Shown here: piece after piece, positions 46,801-58,272 of the stretch
How the letters are laid out: each line of letters opens with the position of its first letter
Position numbering within the stretch: the stretch's first letter is position 1
Assembly (NCBI GenBank): GCA_012026655.1
Contig: JAAILG010000164.1
Coordinates: 1-64,000 of the forward strand
Direction of reading: 5' to 3'
Length of the DNA stretch: 64,000 nucleotides
Source of the DNA: Hydrolagus affinis
Lineage: Eukaryota
The notes under the pieces: generated by a model
Database searches by the model: none
Told to the model about the DNA's origin: nothing
What the model saw: only the letters and a program-made list of their open reading frames with translations
Made by a program: the position numbers and the translations under genes

Positions 46801-49800
46801 CACAAGACTTTCGCATTGTGGCAGTCTCGGTAGTCCAGTTTTTGAGCCAGGAAGGTCCACAGTATTGTAGGGCACTGCTAATGACAGCACAGCCAACCTG
46901 GCTGCTCAGCAGAACTTGGAAGGGCAAACCAGTCGCATGGGCAGGGAGTCCTTTCACTCAGCTTTTGTTAATCCTGCAAGCCAAAGCCATGGCTGGACAA
47001 GTGCTATGAAAATACTTGGTGCTTTGAGTTCTAAATTTTGGCTTGACCATCAGAGGGCAATGGCGAGTGGATATTTGTGCCTTCATATGAGGCGAATGGA
47101 CCCACTCTTTGCAATGGGTTGACCCCATCTAGGACAACAACAATGATATCGGCAACTACGTGGGAACAAGCACTTTCCCCCAGTTCTCTTTGGAAGGAAT
47201 AGCACGTGACACTGAGAAAACTACAGGAGAAAAAGGTCTGTGTAAATAGGGTGTGAACTCATAGAAAACAGCTAGTGACTGGAAAGTCAATTCCTGAACA
47301 AAGCAATTTGGATTCTGGAAAAAAAATGTTTTGTTGTGTAAGAGTTGATGATGGGACCCACCTGACAAAAACTGCAATGAAATTTGTGCATCAATGGTTA
47401 CAAATCCCACCTGGGTCTAGATTTGTTCCATTTATGTTGTATCAAGATACTGGTGAATTAAGAAAATCAGTCATAACTCTGAAGCCTGTTTTTCTGTATA
47501 ACAGTTTATTGAAAGAAACTTACGTAAAAATGGCTTTGAATTTAAGAATTTTCCAAATTCCATATACAGTATTCTGAAATGCTAGGAAGGTAGTGTAAAT
47601 CTAGACCCGGGTAGAATTTCTTTACTCAAATGTAACAACTAAATCCGTATTTCAATCATACCCTATTGTTAAATTGTGTTAGATTGCGTCGCTTGGTGGC
47701 TTAGAGGAAAAACAGCTTAGAGGAAAAACAGTTCTGTTCCTGGATGCTATCCAGTAACTTCTTGTCTCCCCCCTCCCCCCCAACCCATTTGGGTAAAGAT
47801 TGTTCATTGTAGTGTCTTCCAGCCCCTCCAACCCCTCCGCACCCTCTCACAATCTCTCTCCAAAAAGTGGAATTGCTCTCCATGTCGGGGCCCATACAAG
47901 CAGTACTGAGCGTGTCCTATAACTGCGTGAGAGGCAGCAACTTCAGACCAGCAGAGGCGGAAGTTAGAGAGCAAAAAATAGACTTAAATCTGCCTTTGAA
48001 TCAGAAACATAACATTACCAGCAAAGCCTTTATGTAGTGTGGGAAATGTAAATGTTTGCAGGAAAGCATTGACAGGCACCCTAGAGCATTCACTGCAATC
48101 TAAACTGATTGCTAACTGGAGGATTTTTTATAGCAATTTCTCCGGCAGTCCTTCATCTCTCTGCTTTTCAGGTGGGAGAACAGGATAATCTTAGCCATGC
48201 AATCCTCGCCTGTTGTTGGTGTTGTCCCACATATGAGTGATACTTTAAGCAGTGACCTCCATGCCCTGTCAATGTCACCCTTACTTCTCTTCAATTTGGG
48301 CACTCAGCTGGCATTAGACATTCCTTCAAGTGCTTTGGCTAAGAACCAGTGGAACCCATTCACCAGGGAAACAGCCCTGAATACTTAATTGAGGTTACGT
48401 AATCAGAGACGTGTAGAGCTATGGAGAGCTTCTAGTTTTAGCTATTTTCTCATGTTTTATTTCAGTGGTCGGAACCTGTTAATCTTAAAAATACAACTGG
48501 GTTTGAATTTTCCCCAAAGACTTCAAAAATGTTATTGAAATGAATGAAAATAGGTAATTGTTTTTCCAGTGTGTGAGAAACAGCATCAGATGCATCATTT
48601 TTGTATTGCATCATTTTCGTATTATCAATATTACTATTAATAATCCTTACATTTGGCATAATGTATTTCACATCAGAAGAATGTCTCAAAGCGCTTTACA
48701 GGATTCATTGTAAAGTGTCTCAGAGTGTTTCACAGAATATACCTTGAAGCGCTTTGAGACACTTTACCGTGAATCCTGTTAAATGTATTACTTGTTGCAT
48801 GTTGCTTTAAAGACATAAATTGCAATTGAATATGGATGATACAAGGATAAAAGGATTCTGGGAAAGTGACTGGACAGATTTGAAGAGCTTGATTTGCGAA
48901 ATTGAAATTAAAGGACTGAGTGAATCTACATTGTGTTTTGGATTAAATGACATTACATTGATTATGTATCTTATCAGTGAACATGGTAGCCAATTGACAC
49001 ACAGCAATGTCCCACAGACAAACATGAGGTGAATGATCAATTTAATCTGGGGGATTGTTGACGAGGCCATCGAGAAATTCCCTTCTCTTTACTTTAATTC
49101 GATTGAGCAACAATGAAAATTCTGGTAAACTCAGTGAATTTGTTTGGTTGTCTGGAGTCATTGAAAGTTTAACATGTTTTTAGCAGTGCTGCAGGGCTAT
49201 GTTTTTCTTGGCTGGATGTTGCTGTTTTATTTTGCAATTATGAAATCTTTTGTACCTAATCCCTCAAGACTACAGTGAATCACGGATTGTTGTTTTACAA
49301 TCCTGGCTGAGCAGAGGCGCGAAAGAAAAGGGAAACTGCCATCTGGAGTGTGAGCGAAGACCTTCGCAAGCTCTCTGAATACCTGAGAACAATTACTACT
49401 ATTAAGAAGCCGAGGATTGCTCAGAATCAAACAATGATTTGCTCAACAATCATCAGTCTATTTCATGTCCCCCACACCACCATTGGTGGGCAACCCTCTA
49501 ACTATTATGCCCTGCTCTCTCTGGAACTTCATCCCAGAGTCCTCCCACATTGCTTGGCTCCCTCCCCACCTTTAAGGCCTGTCTTAACACATTTATTTTC
49601 AATCACGCTTGCTAGGAAAGTGACTGGACAGATTATAATGCTGATGGGGGAAAGTCCATGATTAAATTTTCTGATTCCTTTTTGCTTTTCAAACACCTGT
49701 ACATTGGAAAGTGAAGCTTAAAAAATGTAAAGTCCACACAGCACTAAGATTCCAATATTCCCTGTGTCTCCAACACAAATTTATTCTTTCACAGCCTCAA

Positions 49801-50909
49801 GACTGTGAAATCCCTCACCTCCCGCTGTCTTCCCTTCCACTTACAATCCATAGACTTCAAAAAAACAAGCTTGGCGTCACCTAACCTCTTCTTGATTTAT
49901 ATTGTTTTCTCTCCTATTTTCAACCTTGATTCTGTCCTACATTATAATGTATGCTTTGGCCCATCACCAGGTTCCCCGGTGAAAGAAGTATCCCTTTGAC
50001 TGCATACTAGCAGAGTTGTTTCTAACTCGATCAGCCCTACCATTTTCAGGCGCGTGCAGAGAGCTATGATCCCCACATAATTTATTTTCAATTGTAATTA
50101 AAAAAACACATATTGGACCGGGATGCATTCAGAATGAGGAATGCTGTTTATTTTTTATTTCTATTCAATTTGGCAAAACGGAAATGTGGCTTTAAAACTG
50201 AGAATTTCAAAGGTAAAATAGCTAAAGTGCTAATCATCCGTACAACAGACTGTCAGCATCCCTCACTTGTCTTACTTATCTTCTCTCCAGATTGGAATGT
50301 GTACAGAAGCTTGTGTTTGGTTATCTCTTGTGGCCTTCAGATAGAGCTCTGATGTCTCCATGACTGGCAATGGTAATAGCTTGTGACAGGGGTATGACAT
50401 ACAGAGCATAATGACAGAAAACATTTTGCAATCTCCAGATCATTTTTATTACTGGCATCATATCTGTTATGTAGATTTATGGCTAAGGCCTAGACCTGCG
50501 TTCAAGCAGCTTTCACAGTGTCTGAGTGCTGGCAGATATGTCAGAGGACTATCTCCCACAGTGTTTGGTTAAAAGTGAAGTTATCATTAATTCATAAGCC
50601 ATTTGAAGACAGCAGTGGAACCACTGCACTTGAAAATCCTTGCACAAGTAGATTATTACTACAGAGCATTCAGGTTGATTCAGGCTTTTGGATTCAAGGG
50701 CATTGTATGAATTGATGGGTCAACATTGGTGTCCTTTACCTTTACATCCCATATTTGAATCCAAGGTAGGGATGTTTCTGTTTTATGGCTGCCCAGAATG
50801 CAAATTTCCCCCTGTCTTCCCTATCTGGATCTACATCAGATCTATATTGGATCTATTTTGTATTAAAAATAGTAATCAAAACTCTACCGTCAATATATAC
50901 TCCCACACT

Positions 50910-51135
50910 ACAACAACAACAACAACAAATTACATTTATAAAGCGCCTTTCACGTCGGGAGGACATCCCAAGGGGCTGCACAGGAGGCGTGTGACCCGAG
51001 CTGGGAGGGGAGTGTTTGGGAAAGGGTGATACACGTAGGGGAGGTCGAAAAAATCGGGGTGGAACAAAAGGCATGGTCGAAGAGGAAAGTCTTCAAACTG
51101 GCCTTGAAAGAGGAAAGGGAAGAAACGAGACGGAG
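50910..51135 (-). mobile_element. L2 3' tail
   Basis: (aac)n aattacatttataaagcgcctttcacgtcgggaggacatcccaagg. Confidence 0.8.
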
Positions 51136-51169
51136 GGATTGGGGGATGGAATTCCATAGGGAATACTAA

Positions 51170-51505
51170 ACTCCACACTCCCATCACTCTTGTCTTTGTC
51201 AGGTTCAACTGGCTCTCCATCACAGAATGCATTGACTTCAACATTCTCACACTTGATCTGCAAATCTCTTCATGCCCTGGCACCTCCCTGACTTGCTTAT
51301 TCCCCACTCCACCATTTGCTACCTCCACTTGGCTGGCTCCGACATTCTGCTTGTTACTTGTTCCTTTTGCTCCACCACGGTGGCCATGTTTTCAGCCACT
51401 ATATTCTGAAACTTTGGAACACTCTCATTCAATCTGTCCACTTTGCTACCTCCTTCTGTATTTTCAGATCATAGCTGAAGACCTTTCTTTTCCACCGTGC
51501 CTATG
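51170..51505 (+). mobile_element. Old L2 3' fragment
   Basis: cccatcactc...ttcaactggctc...ttgacttcaacattctc...ctgaagacctttcttttccaccgtgcct. Confidence 0.7.
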
Positions 51506-51507
51506 GT

Positions 51508-52112
51508 ATCATAAGAACATAAGAATTAGGCGCAGGAGTAGGCCATTTGGTCCCTTGAGCCTGCACTACTTTTCAATAAGATCATGGCTGATCTATTCTA
51601 GCTCCACCTACCCGCCTTATCACCATATCTCTTAATCCCTTTATCCATAAGAAATCTATCAATCTCAGTCTTGAATATGTTGAAGGCTGAGCATCCACAG
51701 CCCTTTGGGGTAGAGAATTCCATAAATTCACTATCCTCTGAATAAAGAATTTTTTCTCAACTCAGTACGAAAGAGCTGACCCATAATCTTCAGACTGTGA
51801 CCCTGGTTACAATTTCTTCAACCAGGGGAAACAGTCTTCCACTATTTACTCTGTCGTGCCCCTTAATAATCTTATAGGTTTCTATAAGATCACCTTGAGT
51901 TCTTCTATATTCTAGAGAATATAGGCCTAGATTGCTCAACCTATCCTCATAACTCATTTCCCTCATCCCAGGTACCAACCTAGTGAATCTACGTTTTACC
52001 CCCTCCAAGGTGAGTACATTCTTTCTTAAATAAGGAGACCAAAACTGGACATAGTATTCTAGGTGCGGTCTCAACAGGGTCCTATACAGCTGCAGCAAGA
52101 CTTCCCTACTCT
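51508..52112 (-). mobile_element. CR1 LINE 3' end (ORF2 C-terminus plus tail)
   Basis: ORF 51790-52098 reads LQLYRTLLRPHLEYYVQFWSPYLRK...RRFTRLVPGM...YEDRL..LGLYSLE.RR..GDLIETYKI. Tail is cataagaacataagaattagg. Confidence 0.93.
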
Positions 52113-53224
52113 TATATTATTAACCTTCTGTATAATGATCCTTATTGAGATATATCAAATGCCAGGATTATTATTATTAAAAACAAAAACAGAAGTTATT
52201 ATTATTATCATTGTGTTTTTGGACCACAGGGAATACAAAGAAAGCTCAACAACAACAATTTACATTATACAGTACCTTTCACATCGGGTATAATGCCTAT
52301 CATAGCAAAGTATTTACTTGGGCTAATCTTTGAAAAGGGAAGTTTAAGATAAGATGTTCTACATAGGAAGAAAACACAGGAGACACTTGTACTCCACGAC
52401 TGAGTTAAAAGTGTCAATTGTAAAGCTGAAAGATTCCTAGAAGTCCTAGAGATATAAATTGACACATTACTCACCAAGCCAAAACAGTGTGCGACAGCAA
52501 TGAGAAAGGAAACAGAATGCCAGGCAATGTTATTAAATTGTTGTGTTCAGTTTCCCAGAAATCATGCTCAAGCTGCAAATTGTTCTGGTTGGCCAAATCT
52601 GGGTTACCATGTAGAGTCTTGGTCACTGCAACACATGGGGCCACCCAAGCTAGAGGCTTTACAGGGGAAAGCAATTAGATTAATCTTGGAGGGATGAGCT
52701 TGGAGGAACAAAAAGATAAAATAGGGTTCTTCAGCCGTGGAAAAAATTATGCCTCAGAGAGGCATTAAATAGGATTGAGAAAGTACGCAAAGAACAATAA
52801 TATCAAATAGGCCAAGGCAGCGGGACTAGAGGGCAGCTGGGGGACAGACACCAGAAAGTATTTCTTTACATCAAGAGTAACCAACATCTGGAATGGCCCC
52901 ATACTTAAGCACAAGACCGAATGTGTCTTTCTCCTCTTTCACCAATGGTACCGCTTTTTTATACCATTAAAATATTACAATGCCTCTGGCTATGTATTTA
53001 AACTCGGGACTTGCTTACACACCACTGACACTGTAAATGAACTGTAGTCCTGCAGTAACTATGTTGGTCTATTGGTGAGCTCTTTTGTGAGCTGTTTATA
53101 CACAGGCTGGAAATAGCAGTTTTCTGTTTGCAATTTTACTAGATTGGAAAATAACACTTCCTTTGTTTTATATCAATAGCTTTAGTTATATGTGAAGACA
53201 GTGCATTTGCAATACAGCACAACT

Positions 53225-53340
53225 AACTCATTATCATTTTGAGGTTATTGCCTCATTATAATATTAATGTCATTAGCTTATTATAATATTCATGACATTG
53301 GCTCATTATTGTATTCCTGTTAGTAAAACTCATTATAGTT
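53225..53340. repeat. Short degenerate tandem repeat, ~25-bp unit
   Basis: ctcattatcattttgaggttattgc / ctcattataatattaatgtcattag / cttattataatattcatgacattgg / ctcattattgtattcctgttag. Confidence 0.75.
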
Positions 53341-53944
53341 CTTAGCACTCAATATAATTGTGAAGGAACGAAGAGCCATATATCATATTCGTTGGTCACA
53401 TAACAGTTTCAAAATGTAATTAGCTGAGCTAACTTCTTGTTTAGAGCATAGCTTTCTTTGCAATTGTCTTTTTACTCATTACGTTTACCCCTCTACCCTC
53501 CCAGTAGTCGGTCTGTTCTTCGAGATAAAAATTGCCTAGGAGTTACAAGCTAATCTGTCCAAAAATAGAAATTGTTCACTCAATCCATGACCGTTTTGTG
53601 GTACACTGCTGTATACAGTTTGCTGCTGCACTCACCCACAAAATGTCAATTCACTTTTCACTGTATCCTCTGAAGCGCGTTGAGTTATCTCAAAAACATC
53701 ATAATCAAATGGGAGGATTATTATAGGATGATAAGAAAGTGAGTGAGCAACTAATATAGACATGGTAGCAACTAGCAACCCTTAGGAAAAAATATTACTG
53801 ATGATGCTCTGCACAGCTTTGACTGGTTTGTAGCATTGACTGCAAAATAGGATTCCCATTTCCACTCTACTTATCATTGCTGTTCTTTGACACACGGACT
53901 GTAAGGTGGACTAAAAGACAGTATGATTTAGTTTGAAGGTTGGG

Positions 53945-54440
53945 TGAGCTCCTTCCTTTCTCGACATTCCCTCTTGGAACCCCTCCAATCCGGCTTCCCT
54001 GCTGCCCATAGCACGGAGACAGCCCTGGTCAAAGTCTCTAACAACATTTTAAATATCTGTGATCAGGGCTTTCTCTGCCTCCTTGTCCTCCTTGACCTCT
54101 CTGCTGATTCAACACGGTCGACCACTACATCATCCTACATCGCCTCTCCTCCCAGCTCATTCTTCATGGACCTACCTTTAACTGGTTCAACTTTTACCTC
54201 TCTCACTGTCTCCATTTTGTCGCCACCAACGGATTCTCCTCCAACCCCCACACTGTCACCTGTGGCTGCCAATAGGGCTTTGTCCTTAGCCCCTTTCCTT
54301 TCAATATCTACATGTTCCCAATTGGTGACATCATCCACAGATATGGGGTCAACTTGCACATGTATGCGGATGACACCCAACTCTATCTTTCTGCCTCTAC
54401 CAATTCCAGGACCACTGCTGTCCTGACAGACTGCCTGTTT
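53945..54440 (+). mobile_element. L2 RT-domain fragment
   Basis: HSLLEPLQSGF..AHSTETALVKVSNNIL..CDQG..CLLVLLDLSA, then frameshifted MYADDTQLY; parallel to 42230-42700. Confidence 0.92.
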
Positions 54441-55794
54441 CTCGTACCACAATACCAATAATAACTTGCACTTGCCAACAGAGAAGATACAGAGGCCTAT
54501 CAGATGAAAGGTCAGACACTGATGGTTTGAGAGAGGGGGCAAATAATATGCCAGCAGGCTTGAGGTTTGGAGCGTAGGGAGTGGGTGGGAGAGTGAGCCT
54601 ACAAGAGGTTACATTGCTGGGGTATGGCAAGGGCATGAAGGGATTTGAAAGGTTTAATTTCTTTTTTTATATTGGGTGTTTTATCGGGGTTAATCGGTTA
54701 AAACTGAAAATCAGAAGCTCCAATTATATTCTGTGTCCAAATAAGACAGAGAAAACAACACCCACTGGTGTAGTTTTACACAGAATTTAGCCCAAGGCGA
54801 ACAGTTATAGATGCTGGAATCTGTAATATAACTGCACAAACCCATGAAAATACTATTCATTAACATCATAAAGCAGGGTCACACCCAAAATCTTGGGCTT
54901 ACTATCTCTTTGAGATGTTAATTGATCCACTTTTGTGTATCGAGGAAATTGTGTTTCAAGCAATTTTTGTTTCATACTACTTGTATTTCTTTTGGACACT
55001 CTTAACAATGTACGATCAGCCGTGCCACGGCTCTTCCACATTGGAGTCCAATTCATATTTGAGTTGGTTCTCTAAATGTTGGTTAATTTGCTAAACAGAA
55101 ACAATTTGCACATATGAAAAAATCTTTCACATAAGCAAAGGTCTCAAACACTTTTTGGATGGGATGCACTGAAATCCTGTCTATCTATTCAGGGGAACAT
55201 TAAAGATGCCATAGCATTATTCAACAGAACAACTTGTATTATATTACAAAAGAGAGAAACTTTCTCCTGTGTTCTGGCCAACAATCCACCAAATTAAAAA
55301 AAGATATTGATGTATAGATCCTCGCCCTCACCTACAAATAGCCTCGCACCTCCTGACATCTGTGATCTGCTCTTAGTCCACTCCTTTGCCTGCCCACTTA
55401 ACTCAACTAACTCAATTTACAAAACAATGCAAAATTACATTTGTATAGTACCTTTCACATTTACTAACAGGCCTGCTGCTTGTCTACTGTTTCCTCTGCA
55501 CCACCAATCCTGGCCGTGTTTTGGCCCCTAATCTCTGGAATTTCTTACCTCGATCTCTCTGCCTCACCACTCTTGTATGTACCTTTAAAACCTACTAGAA
55601 AAGATATCTCCCTCCTCTCTTGCTCGGCAGTCAACAGCACAATTGTACAGCAGCTGTTGTTGTTCCTTCAGATGATACGATGTGATAAGGCGCTAAATCA
55701 TATATAAGGATTGGTGCTTATTATATTCCGATTTACAACGACAGAGTGGGAGCCTGAGCCAGGAAGAAGATGCAGGTTGATTTGTGGGTGGGAA

Positions 55795-55950
55795 GTAGTA
55801 ATAATAAAACTAATAATAATCCTTGCATTTGATAAAGCACCTTATCACATCTCTGAGATGTCTCAAACTGTGGATGATGCACGGCAGCCAATTGTGCACA
55901 CCAGTGTCCCACAAAAGGTCATGGATTGAATGACCAAATTACTATTTTTT
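55795..55950 (-). mobile_element. tRNA-SINE 3' fragment
   Basis: taataatccttgcatttgataaagcacc...ggcagccaattgtgcacaccagtgtcccac...ggattgaatgaccaa. Confidence 0.75.
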
Positions 55951-56224
55951 AAAAATAGTTTGAGATATAGCTAAAGGTGCAGACAAAGGGGTCGATTTTA
56001 AGTTTGAAAGTAGAGAGGAAACGGAAGGGGGAATCTTTACAAGTTGACAAAATACAAAATCGTCTAGTCTACCGTACGTCTGTTATGAGAAAGCATTTAA
56101 GAATAACAAAAAACAAACAAAATCACTGTTACATGTCCACCACATAAATATTTACCATTCCTCTTTTAGTCTTGAGGCTTTGATAATCTTTCTTTCTTGT
56201 TGATGTGTAGCTATGTGTTTGCTT

Positions 56225-57025
56225 GCTCCTCCCTCTCACCCAGCATTACTTCAATGAAACCCACCACCTTGACTTCCTCCGCACCAAATTGCTGATCACC
56301 CAGCTCCCCCTCCTCTGCCCAGTGCTGACAGACACCATTAACCAATCCCTTTCCTCAGGATCAGTCCCACCCCCCAACTCAAAATTGTTGTCATCACCCC
56401 CCTCTTAAAAAACCTACCCTCCATCCCTCCAACCTCAGCCATTACTGCCCTATCTCAAGCCTGCCCTTCCTTGCAGAAGCTCTGGAACACCTGCACCAAC
56501 CTTCATAGCCCGATTACCCTAGATCTTGCCAAACTCCCATTCACATAGTGGATTGACTTCAAGATCCTCATTCTTACATTGAAATCCTTCCACTCCTCAG
56601 TATTCCCCTATCTCTCTAACCTCCTCTCTCCTCACCCGCATCCTCCACTCTACTGGAACCGGCCTCCTGCTTGTCCCCAAATCCTCCACTCCAACATCGG
56701 TGTCCGTGCTTTCAGCCTCTATGGCCCAAAACCTCAGAACTCCCTCCCTCAATCTCTTCACCTAAAAGCACTGGGTCACCTTAGAAGCGCTCTGAGACGT
56801 CGTCCGCCATGGCGGGCACTATATAAATCAAAGTTGTTGTTGTTGTTGTTCACCTCACATCCTCCTTTACCATCTTCAGGTCGCACCTGAAGACCTTTCT
56901 CTTCAACGATGCTTATAGTCACCTTCTCCCACCTCCTGCCTCAGTCTTGGGCTCTGCTATTGTGAAGCACTATGAGATGCCGCCCATTGTAGAGGATAAA
57001 ATAGAGATGCAAGTTGTTATTGTTC
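56225..57025 (+). mobile_element. Internally deleted L2 (RT N-terminal part joined to 3' end) containing a nested L2 tail at 56764-56848
   Basis: LLITQLPLL...TDTINQSLSSG.VP...KKP...Y.PIS.LPFL..LE remnant, then a jump to ttgacttcaagatcctc and the 3' region. Confidence 0.8.
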
Positions 57026-57439
57026 TCCATTCCCTTCCTCTTCCTGCTTTTCACATACATGGTTGTCCCCTTGGACCTCAACTGTTATATTGTGTTTCTT
57101 TTGATAATTTCTATTTTGTTCTTCCAATAGTACATTGCTGTACTCATGTTTTACCTTATGAAACATTCGCTTTTGTGCTCTCTTTATGACTTTACACTTT
57201 ACCTCCTAGCATCTGTCAATTTCTGGGACCATTAGCATTCTTTTGTTCTGGAACAATCAAATTAAATAGATTGAAGAGCCTTCTTCATCCCAACCTCTCT
57301 TGTGCTCTTATCAATTCTTCAAGATCCCTTGTTGATTTATTGCACTGTCTTCTTGTTTTGTTTCTCTTTCTAACCATCAACTTAAGTTTCTCTAGTTTTG
57401 AGATTTTAGTTGGTCTGTTGTCCATCAGTGTTTTGTAAA

Positions 57440-57543
57440 CTGTTTTTTTTAAAAAAAAATTACGTTTTCGGCCAAATATCCGGCACACACTTTAACCGGC
57501 ATTGGCCAGGTCCCGAGGGTACCAGATAAATGGGCTTTTCCTG
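57440..57543. mobile_element. Tigger-like MITE right end (same family as 25636-25820)
   Basis: ...ccggcattggccaggtcccgagggtaccagataaatgggcttttcctg then TA. Confidence 0.7.
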
Positions 57544-57960
57544 TATCTTGAAACATCCCTCCAATCTGAAAGGCACTACATCAATGTAAATTGTATTATA
57601 TTTTCACTGGACTGAATTGCACACCATTGTTGATCGCCTCCAATTCAGGCACCCGAAACCTTGTTAACATTTTCTTTGTAATATCTTATATCTCTTAGTA
57701 CAGTTTAGGAGCATTTCAACTCTCTGCTAGTGCTGAAACAGGTCCAGATCTATTTTCCTCCAGGCTTAATCTGGTATTTCATAGGTCTTCTGTGTTTTGA
57801 TTCCCATTTCTGTATTTGGAACAAATCTGATACTCTGTCTGACTGATACTTTTCATGGCCCCTTGAATTCAGTTATTTTTTAGTTATCCTCGGATATTTT
57901 TGTCTGAAATTAAATGGGCCACAATTTTATTTTACGATTTTGTATTTGGTTGTTAATACT

Positions 57961-58272
57961 GAGTCCTGTAGCTCAGTGGTTAGAACATTCGTCTCACTAG
58001 CGAGAGACCTGGGTTTGATTCCCGGCACGGCGAAACCATGGGCAACTTTCCTTACTCCACACGTCTGATAATAATCCCTCAAGAAAAAAAAAAAAATTTG
58101 GTCACTCATTCCACAACTGTTTGTGGGACACTGCTGGCACAATTGGCTACCGCATTTTGCCCGCAAAAATGCAGTCAATCAATTTTACAGTATATTCTGT
58201 CAAGCGCTTTGAGATGTCTAGGAATGTGAAAAGTGCTATATTAAATGCAAGGATTGTTATTATATATTATTT
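57961..58272 (+). mobile_element. tRNA-headed SINE, short subfamily
   Basis: gagtcctgtagctcagtggttagaac...gggtttgattcccggc...ctccacacgtctgataataatccctc...tail. Confidence 0.9.

Noticed and set aside
47700-47732. 16-bp tandem duplication ttagaggaaaaacag (similar at 11117, 14097, 41937)
   Set aside because: Ordinary slippage duplications.
48112-48388. Overlapping ORFs after the acceptor-like ctctctgcttttcag
   Set aside because: No recognisable protein and no matching donor; consistent with chance.
50265-50375. Strong splice acceptor ttatcttctctccag
   Set aside because: All three downstream frames stop before the next plausible donor.
52475-52626. Minus-strand exon-like segment ending in gtgagt
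   Set aside because: Peptide unrecognised and no partner exon; insufficient support.
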